Source: Escherichia phage phi456
Strand: one strand, 5' to 3'
Sequence record: OR339795
Length of the DNA: 64,000 bases
Below, piece by piece: positions 57,846 to 64,000 of the stretch (position 1 is the first letter of the stretch; each line of letters begins with the position of its first letter). The translations under genes were made by a program, and so were the position numbers. The notes below the pieces were generated by a model that was not told where the DNA came from, did no database searches, and saw only the letters and a program-made list of their open reading frames with translations.

Positions 57846-60800
57846 TTATGCGTATTGTTGGATGACGGCCAGAACGTCCGCCACGTTGTGTTTTGTCTCG
57901 ATAATCCACCAGTTACCCGGGAAATCGCTGTTCTTCGCCTTCGCTGGCAGCCAGCGAGCGCCGAATTTCGCCTTGATTGCGTCTTTCGCACGGAAAAGAA
58001 CGCCTTTCATGCCTGAGGCTTCCTGAAGCCCAAATACCTCGCCAGCGGCGAATTTTGGTGCGTACATCATCTTCAGGTCGGCGGTGGATACGCGATAATT
58101 CAGACCAAGAGACTGAGCTATGCTGGTGGCATCACCCTGTATTGATGATAACTCTTCTTGTTTCTCGTTTCTGGCGGCAATTTCTTCCTCCGTGATGTTG
58201 CCAAGGGCCAGGTTTATCCGATCAGCGTCTGCCTGTTTCTCTTCATCGGTGCGCCCGGCAAGTACCGTGTTAATTCTGTGCAATATCTCCACATGATTCT
58301 TGCGCATGCTGAGCAATTCCGGCGTAACCTCGTTAAGGTCCACCAGCCCAAGGATGGCAAGGTCGGTAAACATTGATACCAGGTTGTAGGTCATGCGATA
58401 GCTGAGTTGCCCATAGGCTGATGGCAACTGCACCGCATCCATTTTATAGGCATCCATAAATTTAGAGCCGTCGTTTACGACATCCGCAATTGCCGGTGTG
58501 ATTTTTCCTGTGGTGGCGGCCTCCCTGATTGCTGTTACCCACGATTGAGTCAGCTCGGCGACTGCATGATTCAGATTGACTTTCCGTTCTGCTGCAATGC
58601 GCGCGCTTGCTGCGTCCATTGCCTGCTTGATCTCGTCTTTATTGCTGTAAATGCCAATGGTGCCAAACTGTGCTGTGGTGATCTCATAATCTGACGCCCG
58701 GAACTCATTGGTACCGAAAATGGCATTGGTGACTTCAAGTTCAGAATCCCCGTTACGAGTAGCCCCCTGGCTTGTTTTCTCCGGCATTCTGGCGATCGCA
58801 TCCGCTATTTTCTCCTGAATTGCTTCAGGGGATAGCGTATCTCCGTATGACGCGATTACATCGCCATAATTGGAGCCAAACAGTTCAACCAGGAATGCTT
58901 CTGCCGAACGGATCTGGCGGTTATTCCCTTCCGACATCATACCAAGCACCCATTTTGCAATTGACGACTTCAGCGCGCCGTCACGGCGATCCGGGTAAAC
59001 CGCATGCTTCAGTGGGTCCGTATAGGTACCAACAAAATCAATGCTATAGCCTGACTCTGTAGTCTGAACGCCGTATGAGTCAGTGATTTTGATCATGCCG
59101 CGCTGCTGGAAACGGTAGAAATCGTCACAGGAAACGATGTCGTTAATCCCGGCGATGGAGACGCCACCACTGATTTTCTGCATAACAGCATCTTCATCGG
59201 GAGTTACATCAACCTGTTTATCCAGCGTCTTCACATCCCAGTTACCAGATTTGGTGCCTTTGAAGGTGAAGATGATCTCCACGTCTGCGCGCTGGCTGTC
59301 GAAGTCCAGCGACTTAATGCGAACGATATCACCGGCACAATCGTAGTATTGGCCTACACGCCATGAGCGATCGCCGATAACAAGGAACTCACTCGCATGG
59401 TTAACCAGGTCAGGATCAACATCCAGAATGCCTTTATTTAATGCATCCTCCACCAGCGGGCGCAGGCGTTTGATATCCGTCGCGGCCTTCTGAGTACGGT
59501 TCAATAATTTCTCATAGCGGGAGATTGCTTGAGAGATATTAGCCTTGCGCTGAATGGCGCTTTTCAACGACGCGCGATACTGTGCTAACAACATACGGTC
59601 TGTGTGATGGACACTCCCCCAGCGTGCCTTCCAGTCTGCGTTATCCGCTGCCTTGGCCATTGCCGCCTGTTTGAATTTAGCTACCTCGGCGGTGGTCTTT
59701 TCAAGTTCCGCTTTGCTTCGCTCTAATTCAGCGGTAAGCACCTCCACATCCTCACCAGCTGCGTGCTGCGCCTTGATGTAGTTCTGAAGGTCGATAGTAG
59801 CCTGTTCTTTCTGGCGAGCGCGTTTCGCAGCTTTCGCCTTATCCATTTGAACCTGCATCATTGCCAGACGTTCGCCGTCATCCTTCGCGGTATACATCTG
59901 CATTTCGATCATGTCATTGGCGTCGGCGTTCTCCATTTCTGACTTATCTGAACGGAGGATATCGGAGATCCAGCCTGCTTTACGCTTCAGCGTCTTCAGT
60001 CGGTATTCATCGAAAGACCCCTTGCCGCAGTAGTAGTGAACGCGAACGCTTGCACGGTTGGAACCAACTCGGGCACCGCGACCGTTACGCTGTGCGATAC
60101 TGGCTGGTGTCCACGGCAACGTCAGGTGGTGGATATCCGTCGTTCCTCGATGCAGGTTGATACCCACCTCTGCCTTTTTGTTGCAGATGATGATCGGAGT
60201 CCGGCCCTCCTGGAAGTCGGCTGCAATCTTTTCCAGACCGCCCAACGACATTTCATTTTGCTGCGCGATATAGGCGTCATACAGAGCCATTTGCTCGTTG
60301 TATTTCGCTATCTGTGCATCTGTTGGTTCATCCGGTAACTCTTTCGGCGGTTTAACCGCTTTCAGTTTCTTACCGGTTTTACCTGCCTCGGCAACCGTCT
60401 GAGCATTCAGTATCCCCACCTTTGAAGGTTCAAGGTTAAGAGCATTGCAGATAATGCGCTTGAGCTTCTGGTGCTGCGTTTTTTCATCGGTGAAGATGAT
60501 TTGCTTACCTTCCGGGAAAAACTCCTTCAGCGTGGCAATCAGCTTCGCGTATTTGGGCGTAACGGGGTGAGTTACGGTCTGTTCGTCAATGCCAAACCTG
60601 GCCAGGCGCTTATTCACTTCCTGCTCGAACGCTTCCGGAACCTGCAACTGAATAAACTCGCCCTTATCTATCAGGGAGTATTGCGATTGCTGCGTGATTG
60701 AATCATCACTGTCGTCGTCTTCGCTGGTGGCTTGTTTAGGCAAACTGTCCGCCAGCTGCTGCACCGCATCGGCGTACTCCGGCAGGAAACGATAGGTGAT

Positions 60801-63800
60801 CCGGCGATAGTACAGGTCCATGTCAGTACATACGCGGTCCATATCCCTGATTATTGAGAAGATCGGACGGGCTTTCTCGTGCTCAATCACGCCGTCTTCA
60901 TTGACCGAGGTCGTTACGCCATTGTTGGCTTTGGCCGCCGCTTCCGCCTGCTGACGCAATTCTTCATACGCCGCCAGTTGTTCTTCAGTAAGTGGTGCAT
61001 CCTGCTGGTGTTCGTCCAGCTCCGGGATCTCCACGGTATCCTTAACGTCTTCCGCCGTTTTAAGCGTTACCCAGCGATGGAATATACCGCGCAGCGCATC
61101 AAGGTTTTCAAAGCCCACCAGCGCCATTTTTTCTTCAACTTCACCGCTGATTTTCTGTACCGTTTCCAGCCTGGTCTTGCCGAAGAATTTAACGAAGTCA
61201 TCAGGACCGTAGATCCCCATCTTCTGCCAGTATTCCTTCGGCAGAACATGAGAAAGCATGTTGTATGCATCGATCGGGGTGTTAACGACTGGCGTTGCAG
61301 TCAGGAGAACCGGCCCGCGCCCGCCATTCTTTTTCATCAGGTACGCGTTTTTAATTGCCATATCTCGCGCCGATTGCGCCACCGCGCTGGTGGGCAGATA
61401 GGCCAGTTGTGACGCTTCGCGACCATTTTTATAGCTATTGCGGTAGTTGTGACCTTCGTCAGCGATCACACTATCGAAGCCCATATCCTCAAAGTACGGA
61501 TACTTCTCTGCTTTTTCGGTGCCGGTATCTGAATACTCCGACAATACCCGGCGACGCGCAGCCTCTTTGCGGTGGGAGTCGGAGTCCATTGCGCTGGCTA
61601 CGCGCCCGGCGGCAACGAAGTCATAAAGCATATCCTGTGCATGCTCATCTACGGTGTCATCACGTAGCGGAATGCGGGCGTATTGTTCTTTGGTAAACAC
61701 GACTGCACGGTAATTTGAGTGCGGGATCGCGTTCATCCGCGCCGTGATAGTGGCTTCATCTGCCAGCTTAAGAGCATCGCGCATAACTGGAGTGCCATCA
61801 GTACCAAGAACAGGTTTACCGTTCTCATCGAGCACCGGCACCTGGCGAATCTGATCGCCATCCATCAGCACATCAAGACCGACGAACAGGTAGTTACTGA
61901 ATGCCTCTTCACTCAGGAATTCTTTTGCTTCGTAATACCAGTTTTCCAGCACTGATTTAGGCACTACATACGCAGTACGGGTGGAGCGACCGTTCTCATA
62001 GTTGAACGCCTCAAGCGCCAGCGCGGTCGTGGTTTTACCCAGCCCGGTGCCGAAGCCCAGGATGCCGCGCCCATCTTCGGACAGTCGGCGCACCTCGCTA
62101 TTCTGGTAATCAAATGGCTGGCGCTTACCGCTTAATCCCTTCAACCCAAGCGGATCGCCAGAGTGTTCATACGGGATATTGCTATTGAACACATCGTTGT
62201 ATTTGGCAACCAGCTCATCGTAGCGATCGTGCGTCTTGATCCACTTATTGAACTGGTCCTCAAGCAGTGCCATCTGCTCGCGGTAGCCGTTCGCCGTCGC
62301 GCTATCTTTGCCACCGATACGCGCACCATTGAGATACTTTTCCAGCTGTGCCGGGAACCCGGTCGCGTTTTCACCTGATTTACGGTCCCACTCGTAGCGG
62401 ATCTCGCCTGTTTCTTTATCCTTGCGCTGGACGACACCGTATCGGTGCCCGACGAACAGACCATCACCACCGTGATAGGTGTCAGAAACCATTTCGTCGC
62501 CTTCCAGCTGCACTGACTGCACATAGCGAAGATCCGGATAGCCGTTTTCCTGCAAAAATTCCAGAATGACGGAACGGTCGAACCAACGGCTATTGAGCTT
62601 AAAGCGGATATTCTCTGCTGGCGTCTTGATGCGCTTCTCTTCGATCGCTGCCAGCTGATTAAGGACGTTGTTCTTTACTGGACCGTCGGGGAGTGTGGCA
62701 AGGAATTCCTGTTTTGGTGCCACTATCTCGTTAATGTCGCCGCTGGTGGCGCGGGCGAACGGAACAATCCCGCCATACGGTGAAACCGCAATGCCAGGGG
62801 TGCTGGCCAATAAATTAAGCAACTCGTCATCACTGGCTGGCAGTTCGCCGGTAAACGCAAGGCGGAAATCATCGAGCTGGATTGGATCGCGAGTGAGATC
62901 ACTGTAGAGATAACGCAGGGTGTCCTGATAGCTGGTAGAGTCATAACTGGCGCTGGAATCATGCGTAACCAGTTTTCCTGTCAGCTCGTCAGAAATAGTG
63001 CCATCCAGCTTAATTGCACCACGGAAAGCAAACCAGGCGCGCGCACTGCTCCCCGATAATTTCGCTATCGGACCGCGACCGGGGTTACCAAAACGGTCAA
63101 TCTCTGCCTGCAAACGGGATACCAGAGAAAGGCGCTGCTGTTCGATTTGTTCAGCACTATGCCCGGCGGCCTTCATGTCCTGATATTCAATTAACATCCG
63201 GCCAATCATCGCCCCGCGATACAAGCGTTCACGGTATTTTTCAGGCTGGCTGTTAATCCAGTCCACCAGCTGCACCATATCGTCGCTGATTGATGTGGTG
63301 TACTTATCGCGGACATTTGCCATCTGGGTAAATGTCATGCCGAGACGGCCTTCTGTTGTAGTCAGGTTACGCTGAAGAGCCTCCCAGCTATCCGCGCCAT
63401 AACTGGCAGCATCGATCTTAAGTTCCTTCCCTGCATCAGCTTCAATCCAGCGACCACCAGCATATTTTTGCCATACGCCATTAATCAGGCGCATTTCCCC
63501 TTCACCAACAACGTCTGCGGTCGGTGACGGTTCAGCCATATCGAGCAAAGACCAGTCGATACGGCTTTCGAAACGATGAATCAGCTTCGCTTTAAGAGCC
63601 TGGTTATCAATCTGACCGTCGGCACGAACCTCAATACGCCCCTGGAAGCCCTTTTCCTGGGTGCCATGAACAAACCGGCGGCCATCCTTTTCAAACCACT
63701 TGCCAGAAATAAACGTTGACCAAAGCACATTTGCCGATTCGAGAGTGCTTTCATCCACCAGGGGGATTTTCTCAGCCATCTCTGCCGGATGTTTGCGCAT

Positions 63801-64000
63801 CAGCACCACATCTACGACCGTACTGGTCCCGTTAGCGTCAAAAGTACCGGTAGGCAAGCGGTGGGCACCAAGAAATTCAGCTTTCCGTGATAGGCGCAGG
63901 CGTAACCGCTTCATGTTTGAACCTGAAACAATGGACGGCGGCACAATCACGCACATGAATCCGCCTGGCTTTATCTTGTCCAGCATGCGGAGCATGAAGT
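57846..64000 (-). CDS. darB: DarB-like antirestriction protein (methyltransferase plus SNF2/DExH helicase), 5' end beyond the window
   Basis: At least 2049 aa open to the window edge; helicase motifs GFGTGLGKT and DEGH; N6-MTase-like region near the C-terminal end of the visible part; position next to ulx as P1 darB. Confidence 0.7.
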   Translation of the reverse strand, partial: FMLRMLDKIKPGGFMCVIVPPSIVSGSNMKRLRLRLSRKAEFLGAHRLPTGTFDANGTSTVVDVVLMRKHPAEMAEKIPLVDESTLESANVLWSTFISGKWFEKDGRRFVHGTQEKGFQGRIEVRADGQIDNQALKAKLIHRFESRIDWSLLDMAEPSPTADVVGEGEMRLINGVWQKYAGGRWIEADAGKELKIDAASYGADSWEALQRNLTTTEGRLGMTFTQMANVRDKYTTSISDDMVQLVDWINSQPEKYRERLYRGAMIGRMLIEYQDMKAAGHSAEQIEQQRLSLVSRLQAEIDRFGNPGRGPIAKLSGSSARAWFAFRGAIKLDGTISDELTGKLVTHDSSASYDSTSYQDTLRYLYSDLTRDPIQLDDFRLAFTGELPASDDELLNLLASTPGIAVSPYGGIVPFARATSGDINEIVAPKQEFLATLPDGPVKNNVLNQLAAIEEKRIKTPAENIRFKLNSRWFDRSVILEFLQENGYPDLRYVQSVQLEGDEMVSDTYHGGDGLFVGHRYGVVQRKDKETGEIRYEWDRKSGENATGFPAQLEKYLNGARIGGKDSATANGYREQMALLEDQFNKWIKTHDRYDELVAKYNDVFNSNIPYEHSGDPLGLKGLSGKRQPFDYQNSEVRRLSEDGRGILGFGTGLGKTTTALALEAFNYENGRSTRTAYVVPKSVLENWYYEAKEFLSEEAFSNYLFVGLDVLMDGDQIRQVPVLDENGKPVLGTDGTPVMRDALKLADEATITARMNAIPHSNYRAVVFTKEQYARIPLRDDTVDEHAQDMLYDFVAAGRVASAMDSDSHRKEAARRRVLSEYSDTGTEKAEKYPYFEDMGFDSVIADEGHNYRNSYKNGREASQLAYLPTSAVAQSARDMAIKNAYLMKKNGGRGPVLLTATPVVNTPIDAYNMLSHVLPKEYWQKMGIYGPDDFVKFFGKTRLETVQKISGEVEEKMALVGFENLDALRGIFHRWVTLKTAEDVKDTVEIPELDEHQQDAPLTEEQLAAYEELRQQAEAAAKANNGVTTSVNEDGVIEHEKARPIFSIIRDMDRVCTDMDLYYRRITYRFLPEYADAVQQLADSLPKQATSEDDDSDDSITQQSQYSLIDKGEFIQLQVPEAFEQEVNKRLARFGIDEQTVTHPVTPKYAKLIATLKEFFPEGKQIIFTDEKTQHQKLKRIICNALNLEPSKVGILNAQTVAEAGKTGKKLKAVKPPKELPDEPTDAQIAKYNEQMALYDAYIAQQNEMSLGGLEKIAADFQEGRTPIIICNKKAEVGINLHRGTTDIHHLTLPWTPASIAQRNGRGARVGSNRASVRVHYYCGKGSFDEYRLKTLKRKAGWISDILRSDKSEMENADANDMIEMQMYTAKDDGERLAMMQVQMDKAKAAKRARQKEQATIDLQNYIKAQHAAGEDVEVLTAELERSKAELEKTTAEVAKFKQAAMAKAADNADWKARWGSVHHTDRMLLAQYRASLKSAIQRKANISQAISRYEKLLNRTQKAATDIKRLRPLVEDALNKGILDVDPDLVNHASEFLVIGDRSWRVGQYYDCAGDIVRIKSLDFDSQRADVEIIFTFKGTKSGNWDVKTLDKQVDVTPDEDAVMQKISGGVSIAGINDIVSCDDFYRFQQRGMIKITDSYGVQTTESGYSIDFVGTYTDPLKHAVYPDRRDGALKSSIAKWVLGMMSEGNNRQIRSAEAFLVELFGSNYGDVIASYGDTLSPEAIQEKIADAIARMPEKTSQGATRNGDSELEVTNAIFGTNEFRASDYEITTAQFGTIGIYSNKDEIKQAMDAASARIAAERKVNLNHAVAELTQSWVTAIREAATTGKITPAIADVVNDGSKFMDAYKMDAVQLPSAYGQLSYRMTYNLVSMFTDLAILGLVDLNEVTPELLSMRKNHVEILHRINTVLAGRTDEEKQADADRINLALGNITEEEIAARNEKQEELSSIQGDATSIAQSLGLNYRVSTADLKMMYAPKFAAGEVFGLQEASGMKGVLFRAKDAIKAKFGARWLPAKAKNSDFPGNWWIIETKHNVADVLAVIQQYA

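Overview
This window reads as a P1-like phage-plasmid (prophage plasmid) backbone of an enterobacterium, recognised from protein sequences and sites I know from phage P1: immI (candidate c4 RNA, icd, ant), kilA-repL, a structural operon, parS-parB-parA, a RepA/iteron replicon, phd-doc, c1-coi, loxP-cre, ref, mat, Type III res-mod, lxc, ulx and the 3' part of darB. ATTGCTCTAATAAATTT-like C1 operators recur in front of several operons. All identifications are by eye and memory; no searches were run. The backbone is heavily remodelled by insertion sequences: four IS1 copies plus an IS1 fragment, IS2 nested in IS629, two inverted IS5 copies, and fragments of IS30-, IS911- and IS3-family elements. 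An IS-bounded accessory island (about 17.2-30.6 kb) carries a 1165-aa AIDA/AatA-type autotransporter adhesin with an AraC-family and a PerC-like regulator. Further cargo is an EcoR124-type Type IC restriction-modification system whose hsdS is split by IS5, and a hok/mok/sok-type locus that the ORF track misses. The best candidates for something undescribed are: a T5orf172/GIY-YIG-like gene wedged between parA and the incA-like iterons; a lipoprotein plus secreted TolA-like coiled-coil pair where P1 carries sim; a C1-operator-controlled block of tandem Rossmann-like paralogs, phosphatases and a 420-aa coiled-coil protein; and a C1-operator-proximal 28-aa hydrophobic peptide. The interval where P1 carries lpa-pacA-pacB is instead an IS1 junction and an antirepressor-like gene fragment, so this element may be packaging-defective if those genes are not elsewhere.
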